DNA of 64,000 nt from Octopus sinensis. Lineage: Eukaryota. The DNA lies in assembly GCF_006345805.1 (NCBI RefSeq), contig NC_043000.1:77314001-77378000 (forward strand). Reading direction: 5' to 3'. The notes under the pieces are model-generated. The model ran no database searches, was not told the origin of the DNA, and was given only the letters and a program-made list of their open reading frames with translations. A program made the position numbers and the translations under genes. This document shows positions 51,835 to 64,000 of the stretch, in pieces (within the stretch, counting starts at the first letter, position 1; the number at the start of each line of letters is the position of its first letter).

Positions 51835-52420
51835 ATATATAAGAAATTAAAAATGGAAATTACGCACGCTTTACATAGTTTTAATGTAATTTTAAATATA
51901 TGAACCGGTCTCGCTATCGCTATTCATGATATTATGTTTTACTTATTTGAATATGTATTTTCTTAAGAAGAAATTTTGTCCATGTTGTGAGTGGTGATAT
52001 TTAGGAGTGAATGACTTCACAAGTAGAAAAATAAGGAGAGGTAATTGGTTATCTTTATTATTGTTATTGTTGTGGGCAAGGGAAATAACTGTTCAGCTTT
52101 CGGTAATAGTAGGGGAATATATATGTACAGACAAAAAAGATTTCGAAAAACTTGTTTAGTGAGGGGATTTATGTACAGTGATGTAATCGTGAACTGAAAT
52201 ATGTAAAAAGATAAAAGTTGGTTATGCGTGCATATTAAGATGTGTTCTGTATTTTACAATGAAAAAAGTTTCTTTATTTAAACATTCTTGTGGAGAGATT
52301 GTGTATTTGCACTAGTAGAGGAGGAAGACTGTGAAATTTGGTTTGATGTTATCAACAGAAAGGAACACGAAGAAATAAACAAGGAGAGAATAAAAAACCT
52401 GTGGATTTAGCGGTCAATCA
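51835..52420 (-). mobile_element. Neptune-type PLE 3' end with variant HHR (core ATGAATA at 51921-51927)
   Basis: Minus-strand FTVFLLY*C..CLNKETFFIVKY resembles the GIY-YIG end at 53320-53410. Downstream sequence matches 34060-35050. Confidence 0.7.
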
Positions 52421-52994
52421 TGGCGACTGGCTGGAAAATGTTAGTTGAACAGGAGGGCTAGGAAGAAGGGGAGCTAATAAAGTACTGGTGATCCCAAAAT
52501 GAAGGTGCGTGTGCGTGTGTGTATGTGAGAATGTGTAAGTGTGTGCGTGTGGATAGGGGCTAGTGACTGATGTGTGGATATGCGCGCTTGTAAATGTGCG
52601 TCTGTAATGTGTGGGTGTATGGATAATGGTGCGTGGGTGTGCAGATGGAGTGTGGTGTGGGGTGGGGTGGGGTGATGTGGTGGTGAGGTGGTGTGTGGTG
52701 TGGCGGTGTGGGAATGTGAGGGTGGGGTGTGGGTTTGGGATGAGGATGAGGATGTGGGGATGGGGTGAGGATGTGGGAGTTGAGGACGTGGGGATGGAGT
52801 GAACATGTGGGATTGGGGTGAGGATGTGAGTAGAGTTGGGGTATGTGGGAGTTGGCTGTAGAATTGAGGCATTAATGAAGAGAGAAGGTGGGTAGGAGTG
52901 AAGAGAGGAAGTAGGTGCCAAGGCAAGAGGGGAGAGGAGAGTTGGGTAGGAGAGAAGAGAGGAAGTAGGTGTCAGATGAAGAGAGGAGAGGAGG

Positions 52995-53420
52995 GGAGTC
53001 AGCGCCAAATTACCCACCAAAAATACAACCCCACAAGTCAAATGGTACAACTGCCCTAACTGCGGAACTTGCATCTTCCTCTTAGAGGGCTCAACATACA
53101 AATTTAAGTCAGGTCAAACTTTTACCATAAAATATGACTTCACCTGTGCTTTGAAGAACTTAATCTATGTTCCCAAATGTGGAGGGTGTGGTGGGGACCA
53201 CATAGGCCAAACTAGCTTAACTTTGAGGGATAGACTTACGGTGCACAGGCAACAAATCTGAGACCCCACCACTTTGAAAATTCCCGTAAGCAAGCACCTA
53301 GACCATAAACTATAAACACCAAATCTTCCCTCTCTATCAATGCACTGGAAACACTTCAACCCAATTCCGTTTAAATAAGGAAAACATTCTCATTTAAAAA
53401 TATAATTCACAGCTGAATAT
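52995..53420 (+). mobile_element. Neptune-type PLE GIY-YIG fragment
   Basis: CPNCGTC..FTIKYDFTCALKNLIYVPKCGGCG.DHIGQTSLTLRDRLTVHRQQI. Confidence 0.85.
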
Positions 53421-53610
53421 CCTTTAGAAAGGAGAAAAAGCAGTAAAAAGAAAAGAAAAAGATTCAATTTCTCCACAAAAATAAAGAAACAACCAGGAAC
53501 AACAAACAATTTCTTTAAAAACTTTAGTAACAATCTACCACCCAGGTTCCGAAACCGCAACTCCAAATCACCATACAAACACCCGTTGCCGACGTTATCT
53601 AACACGCACG

Positions 53611-53657
<47 letters not shown>

Positions 53658-54419
53658 GTATATATACTTGTTGGCTCAGGAGGTAGGAGAGGTTGTGTCC
53701 ATTGTCTTCACAGGCCCAACTTACATGAGATCGATGAGACTGATGTCGATGTTTCACTGAAACTGTTACTAGCTGACTTGCACTCATGAGCAGAGTGAGA
53801 ATTCTAGATAGGAAAGATTGGGTCTGGTGGATAGTGAAGACCTGGAAGAGGATGGCGTTTGGACACTACATTGGCAATGGGAGGAGGAGAATAAAAAGGT
53901 CGGGAATATCTGAGTGGAGCCCAGCCAGTTTCTATGGGTTAAGGCCAATTTCCAGAGTATTAAAAGCAGCGGTAGAGTGGGGGGGATGAAAGGAGAGGGA
54001 AGGTGAGAGAGAAAGAGAGCGAGGGAGAGAGAGAGAGAGAGGAGAGGAGACAGCACGTTTTAGCTAGATATTTCTGATGCGGGAGTTGCACTCCATAATT
54101 AAGAATTTTTAAGGGCGTAGTATTTTCTAGCACTGACGGCCAGACGTTGAGATGCAGTCTTATCTATGTTAAATATGTAAAGAATGAACTTTCCTCAGAA
54201 GAGATTTTCAGTCATGGGGAAGTCTAACATTTAGAGTCATTGTAAGGCCTTGAAGTTTATTAAAGGCGTACGATACGTAATTTTTTTTTCTAGTGTTAGT
54301 CATTGCAGCCTGGTGGAGTAAGTGCATTTTCTCACGGGGATGGAATTGATATTTACAACATTCAGATAAGTAGGAGCTTTGTCAAAGATGCTCAATATGA
54401 TACTGGGGAAGTCGTTTCG

Positions 54420-55330
54420 ACTGTTTCAAATGAGGTGGGGTCGGGAGGTAACATTTTAGTACCTTTAGTACCTCGTCAGGGTGGGGTGTGGTCTTGTTGA
54501 AGATTTCTCTGTCCGCCAGTTGACTGGAGATTCTTTTGTTGAGGCCTATGATAAAGTAGCTAATTATAGTTGGTGGGGGTCGGGTGGGAATAATTGGAGT
54601 ATCTATAAATGTAAACGGTTTCCTTGTTGGGCTTTCGGTAACGGTTGTACTTGTCTGTCTCAAGATTTAGTGTTATTTTTAGGAAGTCGACCTTGGTTAA
54701 GTTGGTGGTAACAATTTATATTTCAAGATATTTATAAGGTTCTTCCTGAAATGGCGTCAGTGTTTTCATGGCTTGAGAGTGTCATATCATTATTTCTGTA
54801 AAGGTACGAACTGCTAGGGTGTGTACGCTTACTAACAATGTCTATCTCACTCTTAAAGGGGCTGATTAATCTACATTTAAGATTGGAAAGAAGGGATTCT
54901 GAACCTTAAGCGTGATGAAATGTTTACAGGCTAAGGTGGTCCACAGAATTCGCTATCTTCGGGGAGTAGGATTTTACGTAGAGATGTTTGTCTTCTATGC
55001 TTTGTATGATGGTGTTTGAAAGGTGTCTTTCGTGTGTGGGGGTATGTTTTTAACATATTCTTTCTCTTGTCAGTAAGAATGTGTGCATTTGATGAATGCT
55101 TAAAATGTTCCGCGTACCTCTCTAAAGAGTTTAAAATAGAGTTAGAACGGTGCTGAAATCTTACCTTTTTGGTGTTGTTTATCAAGTCAGCTTTCAAATT
55201 CTTACGGCCCCTTATCCGGAAAGGACATTTTCGTGATTGAAGGCCTAAGTTATCAGTGAATGTGCTAGTGGTCACATTCTTGAAGAAGTATGCTTTCCAG
55301 TGCATATATCTGTTGTGTGGAAGTAGAACA
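54420..55330 (-). mobile_element. Internally deleted PLE (N-terminus plus RT end)
   Basis: MHWKAYFF..SRKCP; CRLISPFKSEI; LYRNND (degenerate LYRDD); KVDFLKITLNL..YRKPN..SN..TII. Confidence 0.75.
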
Positions 55331-56963
55331 CCCCTATTGGCTGGTTCCTAATGGACTGTGCCACAATATAAATGGACATACGCAGAGAGCTTTCAGCAGT
55401 GTAAAGCTGAGAGTTGCGTATTGTCGAGGGTTATTACCAGTATCTTGAGTAGAACGATTTGCAAGGACATTATTATTATCCCGTTATATCGTACGTCGAA
55501 CGTGCGATACAACAATATCTGATTACACTTTCCGTTTTTCTCGATGAACCGTGGTGAATAAAGCTTTCTTGGTGATGTTTGGATGTTTCTCAACAAGTAT
55601 ACAATCGGTTGTCTCAGTTTTATCTTCATTTGCGGAGCTCTACAGGCACTATTGCGAATGAGCGAACAACAGAAAGTAGAACTCAACACGTTTGCTTCGA
55701 GTTACTTTTTTTTAATAATATAAAATAGTGTACATTTAAACACAAGAGAAAACTACCTTTAACAGGAAATGTTTACACCCTAGAAGAAGCAATCAAAACG
55801 ACCAAAACCACATTTTCTCTTGTGTAAAAATGTACACTATTTTATATTGAGAATATATTGTCTATTGACTATTTATACATGCTAGGCCACTGGTGGTGTA
55901 ATTTCTAAAAATATTCTTCACCCTATATATTTTACGAATATATATTTAATAATAGAGAGGCACATATATACATTGATTAAGGTTTCATGGGCGTAGGCTA
56001 CGTCCAGTTCATCTGATGTTTGGAGGCAGAGTGTAGAGAATTTAAAAAGGATTGCTCACGCCTACACACACACGCGCGCACACACATGCACACACGTGTC
56101 TACTAAGCTATATCTACATACATACATACATACATACATACATACATACATACATACATACATACATACATACATACATACATACATACACACATACATA
56201 CATACATGCATACATGCATACATACAATATATAATATATATTTATGTCAAATAACATTCAAGTTCTACTGATAGAATGTAACCCAGTAAAACCTGTCGCA
56301 TAGTCGGGTCGTGGACGTCTAAACCGGCGACCCAACAAAGCCTGCTTGGTGAGGAGAGTGATTTGGACACCCTGAAAAACAAAACCTATAAAAGGGCAGA
56401 GTAAGAGTCAACAGCCATTCAGTAGGGTTGATATAATCAATGACGAAAAATCCAAGGCAAAGTTATGGGAAGCAGCATAGTGGATGTGAATTTGCGTGCA
56501 TTAATCTCCATTCGACGCATGATGTTCATTCGGCGAAACTACACGACGTAGTCTGGGCGGAAGAGCCTTTCAGCCAACGGTCAGTCTAGGGTTACCTGCC
56601 AGATGATAGAACTAGCAATTCATCAACTCACTTTAACTACTTAAAACATTATGAAGTCCTGAAATATATATATATATATATATGTATGCATATATGGCTG
56701 CAGGACGTCACCAACTGTTCAAACAACGTGAAATACGTAAACAACGGGAAAACATGGAGAACAGGACATGTAAGCACAAAGGAAGGACCCTTCATCAGTT
56801 GTCAGCTGTCTATCTACTACTCATTTCGAGCATCCAACGGCAATATGAGTCTTCAAAGACAGTTGCTCCCATAAATTCTAAAATAAAATTCAGGATTTAA
56901 GTACAAACGTACATATATTCACATACATACATACATACATACATACATACATACATACATACA

Positions 56964-56999
<36 letters not shown>

Positions 57000-57124
57000 C
57001 ATATATATATATATATATAATACATACATACATATATATATATATATAAATAAATATGTTGTTTTTTCACATTTGTTCTTCTTTGTTTGGATTCCCTATA
57101 TACTGTATATACATATATATATAT

Positions 57125-57199
<75 letters not shown>

Positions 57200-57696
57200 A
57201 TATATACATATATAGACATATATATATGTGTGCGTGTCTTTGTAGCTATTTATTAGATGTGCTATAATTAAGGCTACATTAAACATTACATTAATATTTC
57301 AATTTCGTTTCATGGCCCATTTCACATATAGGATATTCTAAATGTATATATGTGAGCGTATATATAGCTTCGTTCTGAATCTGTGTGTGTGTGTGTGTTG
57401 TGTGTGTGCGTGCGCGCGCATGCATTTGTGCGTGTATGTATTTGTATGTCAATATCCACGTACATAAAATACACGCACATACGCACAGGAACATACATAC
57501 ATATGTATGTATAGTCAAATATATATGTATACGTGTAAACGTGTACACATGCGCGCGAGCTCATACATATTGTGTGTATGAAAGCGTATCGGTATAAATA
57601 CATGTTAATGGTGTATATACACATGAATGAGCGTGTCTACAACAATTCCTACTTATGCATATTTCTGAATACATATATGTATGTGATTTATTTAAA

Positions 57697-58914
57697 TCAG
57701 GTCATCCCATAAGTTCTGTCCGATTTTACCTTTTTTAACATTGAATGAAATTTTATAGTATTTTAGAATTATTTTTTATGCATTTGTGTACATTTAAACT
57801 AATTAAATATTATTTTACAGTATAATAGAATTAAAATTTCTTTGATTAAAACATTTTCTAACATGGAAATATCCAAAGAGTATTTGAGGAACAAAATGCT
57901 TTATGAGTAAAAAAAAGGAAACTCTACAGCCGAAGCGTCTCGAAACAATTTATGGGAAAGTATGCTTGAATGAAAGAACTTGCAGAAGATGGTTTGTAAA
58001 ATTCAGAAGTGGAGATTTCAGCTTTGAAGATGAAAATCGATCAGGACGTCCAGTTGAGTTTGATGTTAAGCTCCTTGAGGCATTACTTAAAAAAAATCCT
58101 GCATTATCAGTAGAAGAATTTGCAATAAAGCTTAGTTCAAACCATACAACTGTTCGTCGGCATCTTCAACAAATTGGAAAGGTTCCTAAACTTGGAAAAT
58201 GGGTGCCTCGTGAATTGTCCGAAAGCAACCGCAAATCCCGAGTTGACATCTGCTCTTCCCTCCATTCTCGCGAACTCATTTCACCCTTTTTGTATAGACT
58301 TGTGACTGGTGACGAAAAATGGATCTTCTATTGAAATGTTAACGTCGTAAACAGTGGCTTGGTAAAAGGGAAAAAGCTCAACCACAACCGAGAAGGGACT
58401 TCATATGAAAAAGGTTCTTCTCTCTGTGTGGTGGGATTGCAAAGGAGTAATTCAATTTGAATTGTTACCACCTAATGCAGCAATCAATGCTCAAGTCTAC
58501 TGTCAGCAATTAGAGCGTTGGAACCAAGCTTTGAAGAAAAAAGACCCGCTTTAGTGAATCGAAAAGGTGTGGTGGCCCCACACTGTAAAGATCACATCAT
58601 AGAAGATCAAAGAGCTTGGTTGGGAAAAATTCCTCAGCCACCTTATTCTTCCGACCTTGCTCCTTCAGACTACCATTTGTTTCGTAGTTTACATATCATT
58701 TGTGGGACATAACTTTCGCAAGCCAGGAGGAGGTCGAAACTGACATTTCAGCGTTCTTCGCTTTGAAACCAAAATATTTTTACATTTATGGGATTAAAAA
58801 GATGGAAGGAAGTGATAGATAATCAGGGAAAATACATTAAATTTCAATTAAATATAACATTTGATCACTTGTTTTCTTTATTCAAAATTCGTACAGAACT
58901 TTGGGATGACCTGA
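57697..58914 (+). mobile_element. mariner (DD34D) element, near full length, decayed
   Basis: TIRs tcaggtcatcccataagttctgtccga / cgtacagaactttgggatgacctga followed by TA. ATG at 57863. WVPREL, TGDEKW, VLLSVWWD, PYSSDLAPSDYHLF. Second D region deleted. Confidence 0.93.
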
Positions 58915-59634
58915 TACATAATGACTATAGGCACTCACATTGACAGGTCCACACATAATGCCTACACATTTACGCCATCACACACACACGCACATATACA
59001 CACATATATATATACACACACATATATATACACACACACACAAAGAGGCCTGTCAATGTGCTTTAGGATTTCAATTTGCAACCACTTACTTCTGAGTTCG
59101 AGCCCATTCCGCGACAAGTTTGTTCTTCTACTCTCAAGATTTGCTGAATTATTTATGGATAGAAATAATATATATGCATATATGTATGTTCTCTTTCTCC
59201 TTTTAGAGTAAATTTAGACCGGCAACCTATGTAAGGAGGTCTTGAGGACTTTTATAGTTCCAGATGTCGCGATTATTTGTAGCATATGAATTAAGGATTT
59301 GCATTATCTCCTTAAGATTCCAAATTCAGCCATGCTTTGCTCCAGACGGTTTAGTATGTACCATATTTCTCCAATAATAATACGTATGAAATTGTAGCTT
59401 GGGTGCTGGATTTGCAAACTTCTTATCAATAGTCCATAGGCATCCCATTTCGTGTCAGTGTATGTATGTATGTATGTATGTATGTATGTATGTATGTATG
59501 TATGTATGTATGTATGTATGTATGTATGTATGTATGTATGTATGTATGCATGCATGCATGTACGTGCGTGAGTATGTAGGCGAGTAGATATGTATTATGT
59601 ATGTACGTATATACGTACATAATTATATATGTAT

Positions 59635-59890
59635 GTTCACTTCTGTTTTTGATTATTTAAGTTCATCCTCTGAGGAAAGAGCTGGTTTCTAACAAAGATA
59701 CAAAACTCCGTTCTTTAAATGTTGAGAACGAAAATAATGTCACTTTTTAAACTTGAGAAAAGTCTTGCATATTTGTACTCTTTCAACAATAAATTGTATT
59801 TGCAATGAGCAAGTTAGTTGGTTGATTTTTTCTTCTGAAAACCCCAGCTTATCCAGATTATCACTTGGGCATTTACCCAGAAAAGCAAGC
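59635..59890 (-). mobile_element. R4/Dong-like LINE 3' end
   Basis: Shares gagaaaagtcttgcatattt and gagctggtttct blocks with the 287 and 3685/4060 copies. (GTAT)-rich sequence lies beyond the end. Confidence 0.7.
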
Positions 59891-60023
59891 GCACGAATTA
59901 TTATTGGTATAAATGTGAAATTATAATCTGGATATAAAAGCTGGAGGTTTCGAAGCAGTTGTTTATAGTTATCTTTCTCTTTATCTTTAATTTGAAATGT
60001 ATGTATGTATGTATGTATTTATG

Positions 60024-60054
<31 letters not shown>

Positions 60055-60057
<3 letters not shown>

Positions 60058-60445
60058 GGAAGGGTCTTCCTTTGATGCTGACATGCAATGTCTGTGCAAG
60101 ACCCTGCCTCAGTAAAGCTGAACTCAAGAGTCATCTTCGTAGTCATAAAGCGAGAAATATGAGTGACAACCTGGCCACTGGTGGTGGTGTAACACACCAT
60201 ACTAATCATATCTGTCGGGCATGTGGAAGAGAGTGTAATTCGGCAGGAGGACTTAAACAACATGCAAAGGTACATGAAGCCCAGTTACAACTACAGCCGG
60301 CTATTACCGGTAGAGGTATTAGTTGCCAATTCTGTACAAGACATTGTAGATCTTTAGCTGGGCTAAAATGTCACATTCGATCACAGCACCAGTAACAGTT
60401 AAGCTTCGTGCAATGGCCATACTCGATAATGAGGGGCAGCCATAA
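60055..60445 (+). mobile_element. RTE-like LINE 3' end encoding three C2H2 zinc fingers
   Basis: CNVC-x12-HLRSH, CRAC-x12-HAKVH, CQFC-x12-HIRSQH, stop at 60395. RTE-like end ggccatactcgataatgagggg, then taataa and (TGTA)n. Confidence 0.7.
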
Positions 60446-60520
60446 TAATGTATGTATGTATGTATGTATGTATGTATGTATGTATGTATGTATGTATGTA
60501 TGTATGTATGTATGTACGTA

Positions 60521-61964
60521 TACAGGATGTCCTCAGTAAACGTTTTCACATATAGAATGATTATAAAGTCAATGCTTATTAAAATACAATTACAATTCAT
60601 TTTCAAAATTTAGTAGAATCTACAGGTAGAATTTAATTGCTTTAGGAACGCCTGTTTTCACACCGATGACCATTCTGGTCCAGGCAGATATTATAATGCA
60701 TAGCAATAGAATTGCAAGCATCAAGAAACATTTCATTCGGTATTTGTGTACATTCTTGTTCAATGGCTACCCTCATTCTGTCAATTGTTACCAGTTTTCT
60801 ACTGTAACTCTATCTTTTAAGTATCCCCATAAAATAAGTCGAGGTGTAAGGTCTGGTGAACGAGGAGGATACACTACTGAACCTCTTCGTCCAATCCATT
60901 TGTTAGGCAAAATTTCGTGAAGATTACACATTACATTATTATAATAGTGTGGGGTACCTCCACATCTTAAAAAAAAACCTCTTGAATGGTTGACATAATA
61001 GACTGCAGCAGCAAATTCAAGTAAATCGGCCCAGACACAGTACTGTCAAAAACGAATGGTTGAATTAATCTTTTTGTGGATAAGTCGCCTCATTCTGTAA
61101 TTCCTAGTAAAGTAATATGATGTTTCTCCGCAAGACGGTGAACTGGTAAAATCGTTACTGCATCGGTCAAAATGCTTAGCGGTATTTCGTCGGTCTCCAT
61201 GCCCTGAGGCTAAATTCTGCTGAGGTCGACTTTACCTTTTACCCTTTCGGGGCCGATAAAATAAGTACCAGCTTAGCACTGGGGTTGACATAATCGATTT
61301 ACGCCTCATCCTAAATTCCTATTCTTGTGCCAAAATTTGAAATTAATATGTTGATCCTCTGCAATATGCAGGTTCTCAGGTCCTCAGTTGATACAACTGT
61401 CGTGACTAATCAAGCCGTTTAATTTTAATGTAGCCTCATCATTCCAAACAACCATTGTTTGAAAGTGGGCATTTTTTATACATCTTGCCAAGTATCACTC
61501 ACAAAACTCCAGCGCTGTGATCATGCATTATTTTTGGAATGTAATTTTCCCAATGATTGTGCTTCAAAATGCAGTAGACGCCTGATTTCGAAATTTCTGT
61601 CCCTGCGTCTCGCTAGCTGGATACGTTTTCTTCAATTTTGGCAATATGTTTCTAGTATCCGTTCTCTCTTTAAAGGGCTCATCAATGTGCGCTGTTTTCT
61701 GGAAAAGTTTCTTGTGGACATTCTGAATGGCTTTTTGTGCCTCAAACTTATCTAAGTAGACAAGCTGGATCTGTTTAAATCACCCTACATAAATTGTCTT
61801 TACACTTCGAATGCGTTTTCAAACTTTCAGAGGCGTTTTAAGATAAATTTTCTTTGTCCAATGCTTAGTCTCTCTCCTTTCGTTATTTCTTATGGGTTAA
61901 ATCTAAAAAGGATCGAAGGTTAAATGAAATATCAGCATGAATACATTTTTTGGACACTCTACGT
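60521..61964 (-). mobile_element. Tc1/mariner-superfamily element, decayed, with nested family-B SINE (61135-61335)
   Basis: Minus-strand WNDEATLKLNG..ENLH and NKWIGRRGS..YPPRSPDLTP..LWGYLKD. Termini tacaggatgtcc / ggacactctacgta. Confidence 0.8.
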
Positions 61965-62064
61965 ACATACAATCATACATACATATACACATACAATCAA
62001 ACATACATACACTCAAACATACATACATACATACATACATACATACATACATACATACATACAT

Positions 62065-63115
62065 AATTTCCATATAAACAGTGGTGTAGACCGCCTCTAC
62101 CTAAAGCGAAAACAAGGAGGCAGAGGCTTAACATCGATCCAAAATGCCTTTGAATGTCACATCATATCCCTTCGGCAACATCTTTTAATCACCAAGTGTC
62201 AGAGTGAATCCCTTGACCAAGTTTGCATACACGAGGCTGAAAACATCATAAGATTTGGAAAGCAGTTTTATGCAACACTCTTTGTCTGATAACCTAGAGT
62301 ACATACCCAAACAAGTCGCACGACTCTACCGCAACGTATCATCAGATGAAAGGATGAGCCTGTATGAGCAGAAGACTATGCATGGATATGTCAGTAGAAA
62401 GTAACATCGATCATCAAAGCAGTTTATCATGGACCAGTAGCTGGATTACTACCTCCCACTTTGAAGGATATGCGTTTGCAATCCAGGAACAGGAAATATC
62501 AACCAAGTACCTGATACACAAAAAGGAAAGAGATGCAGGTAAAGCCGTGAAGTGTGACAACCGATGCAGATTTTGTGGAGTTCACAATGAAGATATCACC
62601 CACATTATAAGCAGTTGTCCGAAAATGTCATCACGGTATTATCTACCGATGAGACACAATGTTGTAGCTAGGACACTCTATAATGAAATCCATCGGAAGA
62701 ATAATCCTGAGGACAAAGAAATAAGAGCCTACAATGCCCTAGCCACTCACAATAAAAAGGAATACAGGTGGAATGTGCCAGTAAAGACCTCAATAAAATG
62801 TACGCACAACAGCCCTGATATGATGATTTGAGATAGAGAAGAGAAACTGTGCAGAGTTGTGGAATTTAGCTGCTCAGCGGATGTTAACATAAAGCTGAAG
62901 ATCAGTGAAAAAGAGAACACCTATGCTGAACTATTGAGAAATTTACAGTTACTCTCTCTAGATTACAAGTTCAGGTTTATACCTGTAATTATTGGGGCCC
63001 TGGGATATGTAACACATTGCCTAAATACCAATCTTGAGAAATTGGATTTCTCAAAACCAGAAACGAGAAAGCTAATTCAAAGACTACAGGTCCAATCCAT
63101 CACTGGAATCGTAAA
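62065..63115 (+). mobile_element. R4/Dong-like RLE LINE fragment flanked on both sides by (CATA)n
   Basis: SGVDRLYLKRKQGGRGL; EGYAFAIQEQEI; CRFC..EDITHIISSC; HNSPDMMI; EKENTYAEL. Confidence 0.9.
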
Positions 63116-63659
63116 TACATACATGCACACACATACATCACACATACATACATACATACATACATACATACATACATACATACATACATGCATGCATACA
63201 TACATACATACATACATGCATACATACATACATACATACATACATACATACATACATACATACATGCATGCATGCATACATACATACATACATACATACA
63301 TACATACATACATGCATGCATACATACATAAATGCATAGATACATACATACATACAAATATGTATGTATGCAGGTATTCATTTATGTAGATGTTTATGTA
63401 TGTGTGTATACATACACACACGCACGCATATACAAGTGCTTCCGTAGCACTTACATAACCTTATTTGCCTTTTGGTATCCAGAAGATCGAAGAGGCAGGT
63501 AAGACTATGTAAATTTTACAGAAGGACCGCTGTTAGACTCCTGGTTCGATAATATTATGAGTGAGGAGTCTAACGCGGGTCGTCTGTGAGCGTGTATAGG
63601 TTAAATAAAATGGGATCACAAAGCCAAGGCAGTGTGAAATTTCTAGGACATTTTATAAA

Positions 63660-64000
63660 GAGCAGAGTAGTCTTACAGCTGTTTCATGGTTATGAAAGAT
63701 ATCCCATCATAACAGATGATATGAGAGAGTTAAATAGAAGGAAATAGTAGAGTTCAATATAAGAAGTTATTATGGTAAGGGAGAGATATAGGAAGTATAA
63801 AGGTAAATATTAAAAAAAACAAAGATAAAGATATAACATCCAATACATATCATTATGTTTATTATTTTATTTCCCTTTCTATGTCCTATATCTTTCTTTT
63901 TCCATAATATCTTCTTATATTGAACTTTACTATTTCTTTCTATTTAGCTCTCCCATATCGTCTCCGAGGACGGGATACCTTTTATATCTCTGAAACACCT
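63660..64000. mobile_element. Diverged inverted pLTR pair with degenerate HHR-like motifs, running off the window end
   Basis: About 63715-63815 mirrors about 63862-63962. Minus-strand ..gaaacagctgtaagac near 63670. Plus-strand gtct-ccgagga-cggg..ctct-gaaacacct at the edge. Confidence 0.55.

Noticed and set aside
52418-53101. 227-aa Pro/His/Thr-rich ORF
   Set aside because: Mostly the reverse complement of a GT/GGA-rich low-complexity tract; the remainder is antisense to a PLE fragment.
55717-55848. 36-bp inverted repeat with an HHR-like loop (cctagaagaagcaatcaaaacg)
   Set aside because: The inverted repeat is real, but the core and stems are too degenerate to call a ribozyme.
56270-56640. 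Possible RTE 5' UTR with an HDV-like ribozyme
   Set aside because: I could not build the nested double pseudoknot by eye; it would need a covariance-model search.

Overview
AT-rich, microsatellite-dense eukaryotic repeat landscape with no host protein-coding gene I can support. The tRNA-headed SINE families and the mix of elements look like an octopus (coleoid cephalopod) genome, which is my inference and not a database result. Contents: two head-to-tail GC-rich Tx1/L1-clade LINE copies, each bracketed by (TATC)n; several R4/Dong-like (RLE) LINE fragments abutting (CATA)n; RTE fragments, one ending in three C2H2 fingers; at least three Penelope-like (PLE) lineages with inverted pseudo-LTRs; five Tc1/mariner-superfamily relics plus a short mariner end; Helitron fragments and non-autonomous Helitrons; a Gypsy 3' end; a 1000-bp solo LTR with a 4-bp TSD; many SINEs; and a 541-bp tandem array. 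The most notable signal is about ten hammerhead-ribozyme (HHR)-like motifs tied to PLE ends. These include an intact pair with a palindromic stem III (47472-47562 minus, 50995-51085 plus), a family whose core reads AUGANUA instead of CUGANGA in three copies (an apparent compensatory swap of the 3-8 tertiary pair), and a PLE 3' end carrying a tRNA-like Pol III cassette just upstream of its HHR. All alignments were done by eye, so boundaries are approximate unless a motif is quoted.
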